The translations under genes were made by a program, and so were the position numbers. 64,000 nucleotides of DNA, taken from contig JAHJQN010000005.1 in the NCBI GenBank assembly GCA_018819225.1, positions 47,168-111,167 on the forward strand. Direction: 5' to 3'. Positions 39,077 through 49,278 of this stretch are shown one piece after another (position 1 is the first letter of the stretch; each line of letters opens with the position of its first letter). This DNA comes from Candidatus Micrarchaeota archaeon. GTDB taxonomy: Archaea > Micrarchaeota > Micrarchaeia > Norongarragalinales > SBBD01. The notes under the pieces were generated by a model. It saw only the letters and a program-made list of their open reading frames with translations. It was not told where the DNA came from and searched no databases.

Positions 39077-40488
39077 TCCAGCGAAACAATGAGCTTCTTG
39101 AGAATCTTGAAATCAAAAGGCTTGTTGAACGGAATGAATATAAGAGATACTCCGATGGGAACCAAGAGCGCCGCTAAAAACGCGTGCAACAAGTTACCTC
39201 CCTGAAACGCCGCATCCGGGAAGAAAAACGAGCCGGCGATCATGCCAGTAACGGATGCCAGAAATGCGGCGTTCCCCGAGTATTTCGATAGAAATAACCC
39301 CGCTACGGTTGGGAAAAACGCCGCCGCGCAAACCAAGTCCGCTACGAGGAACAAATAGAGCACGCTATGGCCTTGCGTGGCAACCATAATGGCCATAAAG
39401 GAGATGATGACGGTCAGCCATTTCGCAAATAATAGTAAGCGTGGCTGCTGGCTTTGGGGACGCCAGCGCATCAAATCCACGGTGAACAAACTGACTAAAC
39501 CGTTGAGCAACGTGTCCATGCTGCTCATGACTAATGCCACGGCCAGCATCATGACTAACCACACCATCCATATGGGCAATTGCAGGAAATACGCGAATAA
39601 TGCGACCGACGCATTTTCAGCCGTGCCGGCACTCAACGATAGAATGCCGAATGTTCCCGTGATGAGTACGATGGGAATAACGATGAGTCCCGCTATCGTA
39701 AAGGCACGAAAGACATTCGATTTCGTTCGGGGCAAGAAGACGCGTTGCCAATACCCTTGATGAAACCAGTTCGCGGCGACGATGGCGATCAAGAACGCGA
39801 ACGCGGCCTCGATTCCCGGAAGAAAATTCCCGTTAAACATTTGCGGGGATACGGAAGCGGATTCGGACAGGGATTCGAATCCATTGAAGAGAAACAGGCT
39901 CGCCAGGAACAATAGGAGTAGTAACGGAATGATGAGCAGGCTTTGAAGAGTATCCGTGAATACGGACGCGCGAATCCCGCCCAACGAGGTATACGCGAGC
40001 GTTCCCACTCCGACAATAACCGCGGTATACAGCAAGGGAATATTGAAAACCAATTGGGCGGCCAACGCAATGCCCGTTAATTCAGCGGTCAGGAAAACGG
40101 ACATGTAGAAGACGCTGATGATCACGACGAGGAGGTACATGGCCGTACCGAATCGGTGGTAAACGTATTCCGTGATGGAATGACCGTTGGGCATGAGGTC
40201 GCGCAAGCGTTGTCCAACGAAAGCAAAAAGAAACAAGGCCGCCGCACTTCCAAGAGCGTAGCCGATTAACGCAATGACGTTGTTGCGAATCGTGGCTTCC
40301 GCGGGACTGAACAGAATCCACGCCCCCATGCTGGACGCGACCAGCGTCGCCACCGTGGTCCATAACGCGGAACTTCCGCGGGCGGAAATGAAATCCTCTA
40401 AAGTAAATCGTTTGCCTCGCGCATACCAAATGCCCGCTAGCGAAAATATTAAGGCGGTTGCCAGAATCACGTACAATCCTTCCGACAC
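39073..40488 (-). CDS. Sodium:solute symporter family transporter
   Basis: Multi-TM, MGAWILFSPAE, GGIRASVFTD. Confidence 0.88.
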   Translation of the reverse strand: MSEGLYVILATALIFSLAGIWYARGKRFTLEDFISARGSSALWTTVATLVASSMGAWILFSPAEATIRNNVIALIGYALGSAAALFLFAFVGQRLRDLMPNGHSITEYVYHRFGTAMYLLVVIISVFYMSVFLTAELTGIALAAQLVFNIPLLYTAVIVGVGTLAYTSLGGIRASVFTDTLQSLLIIPLLLLLFLASLFLFNGFESLSESASVSPQMFNGNFLPGIEAAFAFLIAIVAANWFHQGYWQRVFLPRTKSNVFRAFTIAGLIVIPIVLITGTFGILSLSAGTAENASVALFAYFLQLPIWMVWLVMMLAVALVMSSMDTLLNGLVSLFTVDLMRWRPQSQQPRLLLFAKWLTVIISFMAIMVATQGHSVLYLFLVADLVCAAAFFPTVAGLFLSKYSGNAAFLASVTGMIAGSFFFPDAAFQGGNLLHAFLAALLVPIGVSLIFIPFNKPFDFKILKKLIVSLD

Positions 40489-40592
40489 GTTGGAGAAACC
40501 CCGCGAGTAACTAACGAATCAACGTTTAATAATCGTTGGATTGACATCGCAACAATTTAAAATCGCTGGAAGCATAACTGGTTTTCCCGCGC

Positions 40593-40665
40593 GGGGCTGT
40601 GGGGTAACCTGGTATCCTGCTAGCTTCGGGAGCTAGTGATCTGAGTTCAAATCTCAGCAGCCCCA
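40593..40665 (+). tRNA. tRNA-Pro(CGG), intronless
   Basis: GGGGCTG/CAGCCCC acceptor stem, CTAGC-TTCGGGA-GCTAG anticodon arm. Confidence 0.95.
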
Positions 40666-40712
40666 CTCTCACGATTTTTGATCGACCTTTTTGAAAAGGT
40701 CGGTTGCCAAAA

Positions 40713-40727
40713 CTCAGCAGCCCCACT
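40713..40727 (+). repeat. Direct repeat of tRNA-Pro 3' end (CTCAGCAGCCCCACT)
   Basis: Identical 15 bp at 40653-40667. Confidence 0.8.
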
Positions 40728-40774
40728 ACTTCTTTGGTCGACCCTCACAATATAAAAAAGCAGTATGAATTACG

Positions 40775-41785
40775 ATGGATATGGTTCGGAAATCTATTTG
40801 GATTTTTCTCTTGTTTTCAATCGCAGTTTTTGGATCCGTCAATGCCATCAACGAAACGTGTTCAAATTTGCATGGCACCCCCAACCCCGCAGAAAGCGCT
40901 CAATCCGTCGCCATCTCTTTCTTTTTTACAGGAAACGCTACGGGAACCATAACCTGCAACGGTGCTATAGACTCGAATCCACCGGTGAGCTGCTACGGTA
41001 ATTCCTCTTCATGTACCGCGAACTGTGTTTGGGGGTCCGGAGGCACGTATCCAGTGGAAGCGGATTATGGATCGGCTGCGTGCAATCCATTTAATCAAAC
41101 CATTAACGCGGAGGCAACGCCGACACCGACTCCCACTCCTTCCCCCACGCCTTGGCCCACTTGTTCGAACATGAATGGAACCGTTTGTGCATTAGAAGAA
41201 ATTTGTCCTGCAGATCAATGGCTTAACGCATCGGATTCCGAGCGTTGTTGCGCGGTGGATTGTGAAGCGAATGCGACGCCAACCCCTTCCCCTACCGTGA
41301 CGCCGACGCCTACGCCTCCAGGGAACGCAACCGAGTCCCCGACACCCTCGCTTACGCCCACTCCCACACTAACGCCGATTCCAACGAACACGCCGACACC
41401 GAGTCCGACGAATACGCCGGTGCCCACCGAACCCCATGTCGTTCCTTCGACGGCCACACCGTCAAGCCCAGTGCCTCCAGCTTTAGAGGAAGAAATTGAG
41501 GAATTGAGGGATCAAGTGGATGCGTTACCGGAAGGCAACGATAAGCAAGAGCTGTTCATCCTGCTTAATGAAGCGGAAGAAAACATGCAAGCCCAACAAA
41601 CCAGCAAGGCGCGCGCCCTGATTCTTCAAGCGCGACTAAAAATTGCGGAAGCCGGTACGTACAAAACGGATCGCTCGACACCCATTTCATATGCGGAAAT
41701 TGCGTTTGTCGGCGTGCTCGTGGCAGGAGTCGTGTGGGCGGTATCCGGGCTCATTATCCGCCGAGGAAAAATCAAACAAGCCTAG
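40775..41785 (+). CDS. Surface protein with Cys-rich module, PT linkers and C-terminal TM
   Basis: Signal peptide; TCSNMNGTVCALEEICPADQWLNASDSERCCAVDCE shared with the 1519-aa protein. Confidence 0.8.
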   Translation: MDMVRKSIWIFLLFSIAVFGSVNAINETCSNLHGTPNPAESAQSVAISFFFTGNATGTITCNGAIDSNPPVSCYGNSSSCTANCVWGSGGTYPVEADYGSAACNPFNQTINAEATPTPTPTPSPTPWPTCSNMNGTVCALEEICPADQWLNASDSERCCAVDCEANATPTPSPTVTPTPTPPGNATESPTPSLTPTPTLTPIPTNTPTPSPTNTPVPTEPHVVPSTATPSSPVPPALEEEIEELRDQVDALPEGNDKQELFILLNEAEENMQAQQTSKARALILQARLKIAEAGTYKTDRSTPISYAEIAFVGVLVAGVVWAVSGLIIRRGKIKQA

Positions 41786-41830
41786 GAGAGCAAGGCGCTG
41801 ACCCGCAAAAGCTATTTATAGAATCGATTC

Positions 41831-42205
41831 GTGAGACAGGATATGGTCAAACATTTTGAACTCCGCGTGCTCGTCATACTATTTCTAATGATCGGGATCG
41901 CGAATCTGGTGGTCTGGCGTTCGCAGGTCTTAGCGCACGAGCTCACGCACAAAGCCATTTTTTCTGCATACGGCGTCGAGTCCGAAATCGTCATGCACGA
42001 CTTCGGTTTAAGTGCGGAAACCATTCCGAACAACAATTTCACGAGCGCGGAAGACGCGAAAGTAGCGAACTTGTTGAATACGCAGACGGAGCTCATCAGC
42101 TATCATTTCTTCCCCGCGTACATTTCGAACATCATTCTTCAACTCATCTTAATTTTTGCGATTTACCGAGTAGGCCACCGCATGCAGCCTGAACCGGGGC
42201 TATAG
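41831..42205 (+). CDS. Small membrane protein with HExxH motif
   Basis: Two hydrophobic segments, HELTH. Confidence 0.55.
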   Translation: MRQDMVKHFELRVLVILFLMIGIANLVVWRSQVLAHELTHKAIFSAYGVESEIVMHDFGLSAETIPNNNFTSAEDAKVANLLNTQTELISYHFFPAYISNIILQLILIFAIYRVGHRMQPEPGL

Positions 42206-42273
42206 CACTTGACGCGCCGTTCTTGCGACGACTCAAAGCGTTAAAAACAGTTGTTTTCATAAGATGTGAACGT

Positions 42274-42403
42274 GCGGCCGTGGTCTAGCTGCTTTTCTTC
42301 CTTTGAAGGAGAGCAAGACAATGGTTAGGATTTGGGCCTTCCAAGCCTACGGCCCGGGTTCGAATGCGCAAGCGATGACGAGCCGAAATTCCCGGCGGCC
42401 GCA
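42274..42403 (+). tRNA. tRNA-Gly(TCC) with two BHB introns: D-loop 15/16 (42289-42321) and T-loop 59/60 (42365-42389)
   Basis: GCGGCCG/CGGCCGC acceptor stem; central helices GTCT/AGAC and TTCG/CGAA with 3-nt bulges. Confidence 0.92.
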
Positions 42404-42416
42404 CTTCCTATTCGCG

Positions 42417-42911
42417 ATGTTTATGGAGGAGATGCAAAGGAATCAAAACAAGTTTGTAGCTCGTTTATTGGCAATGGGTATTCACTCAGAGGGTTTTCGG
42501 CATGCCATTCCAAATAGCGTCGGGTTAGAGCACAAGCGTTTTCGACCCGCTACGGTTAAGCGAATCGTGCGCAATCTTGCCGCGCATCATTTCGGGAAAG
42601 ACGCGCCGCGTTTCCAATGGACTCGGGTAACAAGAGAACCCATAGTCCCCCGTTTTCATCCACTGAACTGGTCCCGTCGAATTAGGAGTTCGCTTTATTC
42701 GCGAAAAGTCAAAGACATTCGCTTTGGAAGAAATCAACGGGTCATGTCCGTAGCGTTATCTCATAAGTATTTGGATCCCCTCACTATTCGCCTGATGGTG
42801 CGCGACGTGTTGGAGAACCACTTGCATGGGGGCGGGATTTCTTACGAATTCGCCATTCAACCCAAACCAAAACGGTTGTTGGTCCGGTTTTATGAAAAGG
42901 CGCGAGGTTGA
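42417..42911 (+). CDS. Hypothetical R-rich protein
   Basis: ORF after tRNA-Gly; track start lies inside the tRNA so it was trimmed. Confidence 0.5.
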   Translation: MFMEEMQRNQNKFVARLLAMGIHSEGFRHAIPNSVGLEHKRFRPATVKRIVRNLAAHHFGKDAPRFQWTRVTREPIVPRFHPLNWSRRIRSSLYSRKVKDIRFGRNQRVMSVALSHKYLDPLTIRLMVRDVLENHLHGGGISYEFAIQPKPKRLLVRFYEKARG

Positions 42912-42916
42912 TGGCG

Positions 42917-43315
42917 TCAACGCGTAACGTAAAACCGCACGCGAACCCATTCGACGCCGTTCCAGATCGTGCGCGTGGTAGAAAATTGTTCCGACTCTTT
43001 CGATGAATCACACGCACTTCGAACACGGTGCTCGTTCGCGTCAATTTCCATGCAATAGGTGCCCGTGGATTCCGCAAACGAATTTAATGGGTTCCGTAAA
43101 GACGCGTATCCATCTGAAACTCCGAGCGATAAAAGCGCCAGATCCGATTCGTGATTTCGAAACGAGAGTTCCGCCACGTCCTGCACGAGTTCGTAGGAAT
43201 AGATATCAACGTATCGAGGAGAATAACCGGTTCCCGAAAACAGAATGAGAAGCGACGTGGCCGCCAGTAACGTAGCCAATGCCTCGATGGTAAAAAACAG
43301 GCCTTTAGTCTTCAT
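42917..43315 (-). CDS. Hypothetical protein with class III (prepilin)-like signal
   Basis: MKTKG-LFFTIEALATLL. Confidence 0.6.
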   Translation of the reverse strand: MKTKGLFFTIEALATLLAATSLLILFSGTGYSPRYVDIYSYELVQDVAELSFRNHESDLALLSLGVSDGYASLRNPLNSFAESTGTYCMEIDANEHRVRSACDSSKESEQFSTTRTIWNGVEWVRVRFYVTR

Positions 43316-44021
43316 ATCCGAAACGCGAGGAGCTCGGCGGGAGCCGGTAGCGCTGGCGCAGTGAAATAAATTCTCGGTTCAACCGTTCGTAAGCGACCGA
43401 CGCGTCTTTTTCGCTAAACAGGAAGGAAATCATTCTCCACGTGGAGAAGAAGGAAACGATGTTGATGCCTTCCAGTTTTTGTAAGAAATAAAGGTATACG
43501 CCCGGCGTGTGGATGACGCCTTCATCGTAAGCGACGGAGAACAGCGTCAGGTTTTCCACGAATTCCATGACCTGTTTTTCGGGAGCCAGCTTTAACAAGT
43601 CCGGAAGGAACTTCTTGCTGACAATCACGAGAATTTCCTCCGAACGCTGGATCACGTACATTTTTTCGCCCATCTCCCAACGCACTTTCGTCGACGCAAA
43701 TTCCGCCAATTTTTTGTACAATTGCGAGGTGCGAACGAAGTAAATGTTCGCCATCTGCTCGCGCACCAAAAGCGTGCAATGGGATAGCAATTCCTCCAAT
43801 TTCTTGGACTCCCTGGAATCCAGCGAGTGCGCCACGAATCGGCGCGACGCCATGACGATGGCATCCTCGCTCACCGGATTGTTTCCGAGTTTTTGTTGCA
43901 CGTACGGCTTGAGGTAACGCGCCAAAGCGGAATAGTTGATGAGGCCTTCCCTCATCGCGGGATGCATCGAGTGCAAGCCTTCTAATATCTCGTATACGGC
44001 ATCGGATACGCTCGTCTTCAT
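43305..44021 (-). CDS. ACT-domain-like protein
   Basis: GLINYSALAR, TPGV..EGINIV. Confidence 0.75.
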   Translation of the reverse strand: MKTSVSDAVYEILEGLHSMHPAMREGLINYSALARYLKPYVQQKLGNNPVSEDAIVMASRRFVAHSLDSRESKKLEELLSHCTLLVREQMANIYFVRTSQLYKKLAEFASTKVRWEMGEKMYVIQRSEEILVIVSKKFLPDLLKLAPEKQVMEFVENLTLFSVAYDEGVIHTPGVYLYFLQKLEGINIVSFFSTWRMISFLFSEKDASVAYERLNREFISLRQRYRLPPSSSRFGYED

Positions 44022-44310
44022 ACTGGCAAACCCCCCTTAAATCCAACACGGATTAGTAAATGAGACAAAAGTGTAGGATTTTCAGGTAGATTAAGGTTTT
44101 TATAACTATTGTTGGGATTGTTTTGAATAGCTAAGGGATAATACGCGTTTAATCCGAGGAGGGAGAAGGGCTTAAAAAAAAGTCTTCCTCACCTTCAATG
44201 GATGGCCGTCATGTCATGATACGCGATCCACGGGTATCGGCAACTTAATATTCGTTATCCGTTTAAAATGGAAAACGGGAATCCGTTTTCCCTTGGGAGT
44301 GATAAGCGCG

Positions 44311-45066
44311 ATGTTAATAACCGGTGCGAGCGGGGTTCTGGGGCAGGAGGTGGCCAAGCGGTTTCCGGACGCATTGAAACCCCCTCATTCCGAGCTCGAC
44401 GTGACGAACCGTGCGGAAGTGGAGGCGTGCATTGAAAAAAATCGCCCGGATGTCGTCATCCATTTGGCGGCTGCAGTAAGCCCCGTCAAGTGTCATACAA
44501 ACAAGGAATGGGCGTGGAAGACGAACGTGCTAGGAACGCAGCATCTAGTGGATGCACTACTCAAACATCACCCTAACACATTCCTGGCCCTCATGAGCAC
44601 GCCCTGCATTTTTGACGGGGAGGATGAAAACCCCAAGGACGAGTTCGCGTTCCCGTTTCCGGATAATTTCTATGGATTATCAAAAGCGATGCAAGAGCTC
44701 ATCGTATCCCGAAGCGGGTTGAATCACGTCATTATTCGTTCGAATTTTGTCGCGTTCACGCGGTGGCGGTATCCAAAGGCGTTCACGGATAGAAGAAGCA
44801 ACTACTTGTTCGCTCCCACGGTTGCCGATGGCATCGCGGACGTGTTGAAAGAAGGGATAACGGGCGTCGTGCACGTGTTGGGCGACCGAATCATATCCAT
44901 GTATGAATTGGCTCGATTGTGTCCGGATTCGGAGGATGTTAAGCCCATGACGCTCGACGAATATTATTCAAAGAACGCGGGAGGTTGCCGTTTAACGAAG
45001 AACATGATCTTGGCGTCCACGCGCTGGAAGCGTTACGCCATAACAAGCGCGATGACCCAAACCTAG
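44311..45066 (+). CDS. RmlD-like NAD(P)-dependent sugar reductase
   Basis: ITGASGVLG, HLAA, YGLSK. Confidence 0.85.
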   Translation: MLITGASGVLGQEVAKRFPDALKPPHSELDVTNRAEVEACIEKNRPDVVIHLAAAVSPVKCHTNKEWAWKTNVLGTQHLVDALLKHHPNTFLALMSTPCIFDGEDENPKDEFAFPFPDNFYGLSKAMQELIVSRSGLNHVIIRSNFVAFTRWRYPKAFTDRRSNYLFAPTVADGIADVLKEGITGVVHVLGDRIISMYELARLCPDSEDVKPMTLDEYYSKNAGGCRLTKNMILASTRWKRYAITSAMTQT

Positions 45067-45082
45067 CAACGGAGGATCTCAC

Positions 45083-45595
45083 ATGAAATTAAACTTAGGT
45101 TGTGGAAACGTTCACAAAGAAGGGTTCATCAACATCGACTCGGAAAAAACGTCCGCAGCAGACCAAATCGTTGATTTGAACCGCTACCCGTGGCCATTCC
45201 CTTCGAACTCGATCGACGTCGTCTATTGCAGCCACTTCCTCGAGCATGTGGACGAGCCCGTCAAAGCCATCGAGGAAATCTATCGGATCCTGAAGAAAAA
45301 CGGGGGATTGGAGGTCATCGCACCGTATTACGCATCCCCCGGCGCTTTCTACGATTTAACGCACCGTTCCTTCTTTGGCTATAAGACCTTTGACCCGTTC
45401 TCGGACAACCGGGAATACAACTACATCTCCAAGGCCCGTTTTCGAATCGGAAAACGCAAACTGGTTTTTTCCAAAACCCACCACGTACTCGGAGTACAAG
45501 CATTTGCCAACGCGTTTCCCCGAATTTATGAGGATTTCATGGCGATGGTCTTTCCGGCAAGGGAAATCCACTTTTTCATGGAGGCCGTGAAATGA
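45083..45595 (+). CDS. SAM-dependent methyltransferase
   Basis: KLNLGCG, SHFLEH, EIYRILK. Confidence 0.88.
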   Translation: MKLNLGCGNVHKEGFINIDSEKTSAADQIVDLNRYPWPFPSNSIDVVYCSHFLEHVDEPVKAIEEIYRILKKNGGLEVIAPYYASPGAFYDLTHRSFFGYKTFDPFSDNREYNYISKARFRIGKRKLVFSKTHHVLGVQAFANAFPRIYEDFMAMVFPAREIHFFMEAVK

Positions 45596-46530
45596 CCGGA
45601 ATCAGCTTCATTGTACTAAATTACAATGGGGAAAACGTCCTTTCCGGAACGCTTCGGTCGATAGAGGCCGAAAGGCGTCCTGGAGATGAATGCATTGTCG
45701 TAGACAACCACTCGACCGATCAGTCCAGAAGCGTTTGCCAACGATTTCCGGGGGTCCGTTTCCTTTCGCTTGCCGAAAACCGGGTGTTGGGCGCCTACAA
45801 TGCAGGAGTGCAAGCGGCGGTTCATCCGTGGGTATGTTTGCTAAACAACGACATCCACATCGAAAAGGGGTTTCGTGACGCGGCAATAAGACACGTAGGG
45901 GACAAGCGCTTATTCGCGGCAACCGCCAAGATCCTGTATCCCGACAAAAAAACGATGGAAACCGGGTATTGTCGGCCGTCCTTCAACAATTTCCATTTCA
46001 AATACGACATCGTGGGCCGCGGGGAGCTGGCGAGCCAATACGAACAAGAAATGGAGAACTTTTCCGCACCGATGGCGGGAATCTTCCATCGCGAAAAGTA
46101 TCTGGAACTGGGGGGAATCGATTGCCTCTATTTTCCAGCGTATTGGGAGGAAATTGATTTGGCGTACAATGCATGGAAGCGCGGGTGGTGCGTACTCTTC
46201 GACCCCAAAATGGTTGCCGTGCACCACCATGAGGACCGGATCGTGAAAACGCACGGCGCGGGAAAAACAGTGGCCGCGGGAGCGAGGAATAAGATCCTGT
46301 TTGTCGCGAAAAACATTGCGGACAGGGGTTTGTTGTTCCGCTTTTTCATCGGTTGGCCGGCGGTTTTTCTTGCTGGGACGCTGCGCCGCGGGCCATGGTT
46401 CGCCTATGGCTTTTTTCAAGCGATTCCTCGGCTGACGAACGCTTGGAAGCGGAAAAAAGAAATGGAAAAAAAACGCGTGCTATCCGACCGGGAGATTTTC
46501 CATCGGACGCACGGAATGATCCGCCCTTAG
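45592..46530 (+). CDS. Glycosyltransferase family 2
   Basis: VLNYNG, VDNHSTD, LLNND, EEIDL. Confidence 0.92.
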   Translation: MTGISFIVLNYNGENVLSGTLRSIEAERRPGDECIVVDNHSTDQSRSVCQRFPGVRFLSLAENRVLGAYNAGVQAAVHPWVCLLNNDIHIEKGFRDAAIRHVGDKRLFAATAKILYPDKKTMETGYCRPSFNNFHFKYDIVGRGELASQYEQEMENFSAPMAGIFHREKYLELGGIDCLYFPAYWEEIDLAYNAWKRGWCVLFDPKMVAVHHHEDRIVKTHGAGKTVAAGARNKILFVAKNIADRGLLFRFFIGWPAVFLAGTLRRGPWFAYGFFQAIPRLTNAWKRKKEMEKKRVLSDREIFHRTHGMIRP

Positions 46531-46568
46531 TTTGTGACGCCGAATCGAACACGGTCACACGGAATGCG

Positions 46569-47984
46569 TTACAACGACCGGGGGTTTTCCGGTTTACCCA
46601 AACCCCGATAATAAAAACCTGCAGCGATCGCTTCGCGTTGATCGTAAAAATTGCGGGCGTCGAGGAGGATCGGGGTTCGCATCACCCTCTTCAAATCGGC
46701 CAACGAGATGCTCCGGAATATATCGTGATCCGTTGCGAGGATGACGGCATCGGATTGACGGATCTCCGTATCGAGACATCCATCGACTCGAATGTCCGTG
46801 GTCTGACCGGTCGCTTGCCGGATGACGGGATCGCAGAGCACGACTTGGACCCCGAGATTTCTCACCTTTTGGGCAATGGTGTTGGATAAGCTGACGCGCG
46901 CATCGGGAATGTTCTTCTTGTAAGCAATGCCCATGATGCATACCTTCGACTCGTTGATGGGGACGTTCCGTTCTTCGAAAGCCTTCTGCAGCAGTGAAAC
47001 GAAATAATCGGCCACGCCGTCGTTAACCTCTCGAGTCACGCGCATCATCTTCGTGTCGACCCCCATTTTTTCAGCCTGTTTGATGAGATACCACGTGTCG
47101 ACTGGAATGCATTCGCCCCCCACCAAACCAGGGAAATGGGGAAGGAAAGCGAATGGCTTGGTTTCAGCGGCTTGGATGACGTCGTAGGTATCCAGTCCGA
47201 GCTTCGAGAAAATGACGGCAAACTCGTTCACAAGCGCGATGTTCACGTCGCGAAATATGTTTTCCATCAACTTGGAGGCTTCCGCCGTTTCGATATCTGC
47301 TACGGGAGTGACCCCCGCCAGAATGAATTCGGAATAAAAGAGACGGGCCAGCTTGAGACTTTTTTCGTCGACTCCGCCCACCACGCGCGGAATCTGATCC
47401 AAGGTCATCATCAGTGCGCTGGTTTTTTTATCGTATATCACGTGCGCATGCGTTTCCGTGGGGAGTCCGGGATTGTAACGCTCGGGGCAGTATGCGAGAC
47501 CCCAATCGGATCCGATGCGCAATCCGGATTTTTCCTCGATGAGCTTTCCGAATGAACGCGTCGTACCAATGGTAATGGAGCTTTCAAGTACCACCAAGCT
47601 GCCCTTGGTCAGATGGGGCGCCAATTCGCGTGCGGCCCGCTGAAGGAATGATAAATTGATTTCCCGGTCATCGCCTACGGGTGTTGGCACGCAGACCACA
47701 ATGATTTTGGAATGGGGTATCGCTTCGGAAAAGTCCGTAGTGGCTTTGATCGTTCCCGACGAAACCAGTGGGCGCAACATCTGCGGATATTCCGATTCGA
47801 GGACGTTACCATTCAGTTTTTTTACTCGCTCCCGGTTCACATCAATTCCAATGGTTGGAAAGCCGGCGTGAGCGATGTGTATGGCCGTCGGCAAGCCGAT
47901 CGTGCCGATTCCCACAACAGATACTCCAACGGAATGCTCGCGCATCCTTTTTTCAGCAACGGCCATTGATTCCGTATAAACCAT
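46569..47984 (-). CDS. UDP-N-acetyl-sugar dehydrogenase (WecC/TviB-like)
   Basis: GIGTIGLP, CVPTP, CPER, KLMENIFR, GGECIPVD. Confidence 0.92.
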   Translation of the reverse strand: MVYTESMAVAEKRMREHSVGVSVVGIGTIGLPTAIHIAHAGFPTIGIDVNRERVKKLNGNVLESEYPQMLRPLVSSGTIKATTDFSEAIPHSKIIVVCVPTPVGDDREINLSFLQRAARELAPHLTKGSLVVLESSITIGTTRSFGKLIEEKSGLRIGSDWGLAYCPERYNPGLPTETHAHVIYDKKTSALMMTLDQIPRVVGGVDEKSLKLARLFYSEFILAGVTPVADIETAEASKLMENIFRDVNIALVNEFAVIFSKLGLDTYDVIQAAETKPFAFLPHFPGLVGGECIPVDTWYLIKQAEKMGVDTKMMRVTREVNDGVADYFVSLLQKAFEERNVPINESKVCIMGIAYKKNIPDARVSLSNTIAQKVRNLGVQVVLCDPVIRQATGQTTDIRVDGCLDTEIRQSDAVILATDHDIFRSISLADLKRVMRTPILLDARNFYDQREAIAAGFYYRGLGKPENPRSL

Positions 47985-48019
47985 GCGTATTCACCTTAAA
48001 AACAAAAACGGGTTTCATC

Positions 48020-48934
48020 TCATTGAGCGGAAGGGACCAAATGGCGTTTTTTATACTCGGCCACTCGCCGGATTCCTTCGGCGAGACGAACGTGCGGCTC
48101 GTACCCCAATCGTTTCGCTTTGGAGATGTCTGGTATCCGGCGGAATATCTCCCGCTGTTCGCTTCGGTCGCTTTGATCGAACGGAATCAGTTCAATACGT
48201 TCCTTCTTATCAAGTGCCGAGAACGCCGTCCGAGCCAAGTCCTTCACGGAAACGGGTTCGGACGGATTCCCGATGTTGAAGATCTCATTTTGCTGCTTGA
48301 ACGTGGTCATCGTCCCGTTGGCGACGTCGTCGACATAGCAGTACGCTCGCACTTGATCTCCGTTTCCGTAGATGGGTACGGGTTGGTCCCTCAGAATGAG
48401 GTCCACAAATTTCGGGATAACAAAATGGTTGCTTTGAAGGGGCCCGTAAACATTAAAATACCGATAGATCACGAACGGGAGTCCGTGTTCCTTATGATAT
48501 GACTTAATGTATTCTTCGGATACGACTTTGGCTATTCCGTAACAGGATTTGGGTTTGAGGGAATGAGTTTCCGCAATCGGGACCGTATCCGGCTCGCCAT
48601 AGGTTTCCGAAGTGGAAGAAAAAATGAACTTTTTAACGTCGGATTGCCGGCATGCTTCGAGCACCGACCGCGTTCCGTCAATGATCTGGTTCAATGTGTC
48701 GACGGGTTTTTTTTCCGTTTGAATAACACTCAGAGTGGAAGCGAAGTGAAAAACGGTTTCGCAATCGCGGACCGCCGAGCGCATGATGGCATGGTCGGTA
48801 ACGTCCCCTTGCACGAATTCCGTGACGGCCACCGAAGGACGTTTCAGGTCGATGACCCGCACCTGATCGATCTCCATCAATCTCGAAACCACGGCGCTTC
48901 CAATAAGTCCTGAGCCGCCGGATACTAAGAACAT
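48020..48934 (-). CDS. NAD-dependent epimerase/dehydratase
   Basis: SGGSGLIG, SSTSETYG, YGIAK, RYFNVYGP. Confidence 0.92.
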   Translation of the reverse strand: MFLVSGGSGLIGSAVVSRLMEIDQVRVIDLKRPSVAVTEFVQGDVTDHAIMRSAVRDCETVFHFASTLSVIQTEKKPVDTLNQIIDGTRSVLEACRQSDVKKFIFSSTSETYGEPDTVPIAETHSLKPKSCYGIAKVVSEEYIKSYHKEHGLPFVIYRYFNVYGPLQSNHFVIPKFVDLILRDQPVPIYGNGDQVRAYCYVDDVANGTMTTFKQQNEIFNIGNPSEPVSVKDLARTAFSALDKKERIELIPFDQSDRSEQREIFRRIPDISKAKRLGYEPHVRLAEGIRRVAEYKKRHLVPSAQ

Positions 48935-49114
48935 ATTAATACTCCCATAGATTCGCGTTGATCCTCGTACGAGTGGCTTAATCAGCACACCATAGTTTAA
49001 AACGCCTTTGCTGAACGATATCCGACCCCGTCACATGAACGGACTTTCTACTCCAGCGAATCGCTTGCAAATCTGGATTCTCGCGCAAGAAACAGAAAGA
49101 AAAAACAAGAAAAA

Positions 49115-49278
49115 ACTGTTTTTTGAAGAGGAAGAGCTTGTCTATAGACGTTTTCAGCGCTTTCGAAATGTCGTGCGCTAATTGCAGCGACGGATTGTAG
49201 GCGCCTTTTTCCACGAACACCATGGTTTCGCGCCGCGCCGACTCTCTTGGCCAAATCCTCTTGCGTCCATGAAAACAA
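49115..49278 (-). pseudogene. Frameshifted XRE-family HTH regulator
   Basis: [11 protein letters not shown] in one frame, then [27 protein letters not shown] in another. Confidence 0.75.

Noticed and set aside
38168-40590. TPP riboswitch near thiD or the symporter
   Set aside because: No recognisable TPP core motif in either upstream region
40593-44021. Provirus or island integrated at tRNA-Pro or tRNA-Gly
   Set aside because: No integrase or viral genes and no distant att repeat
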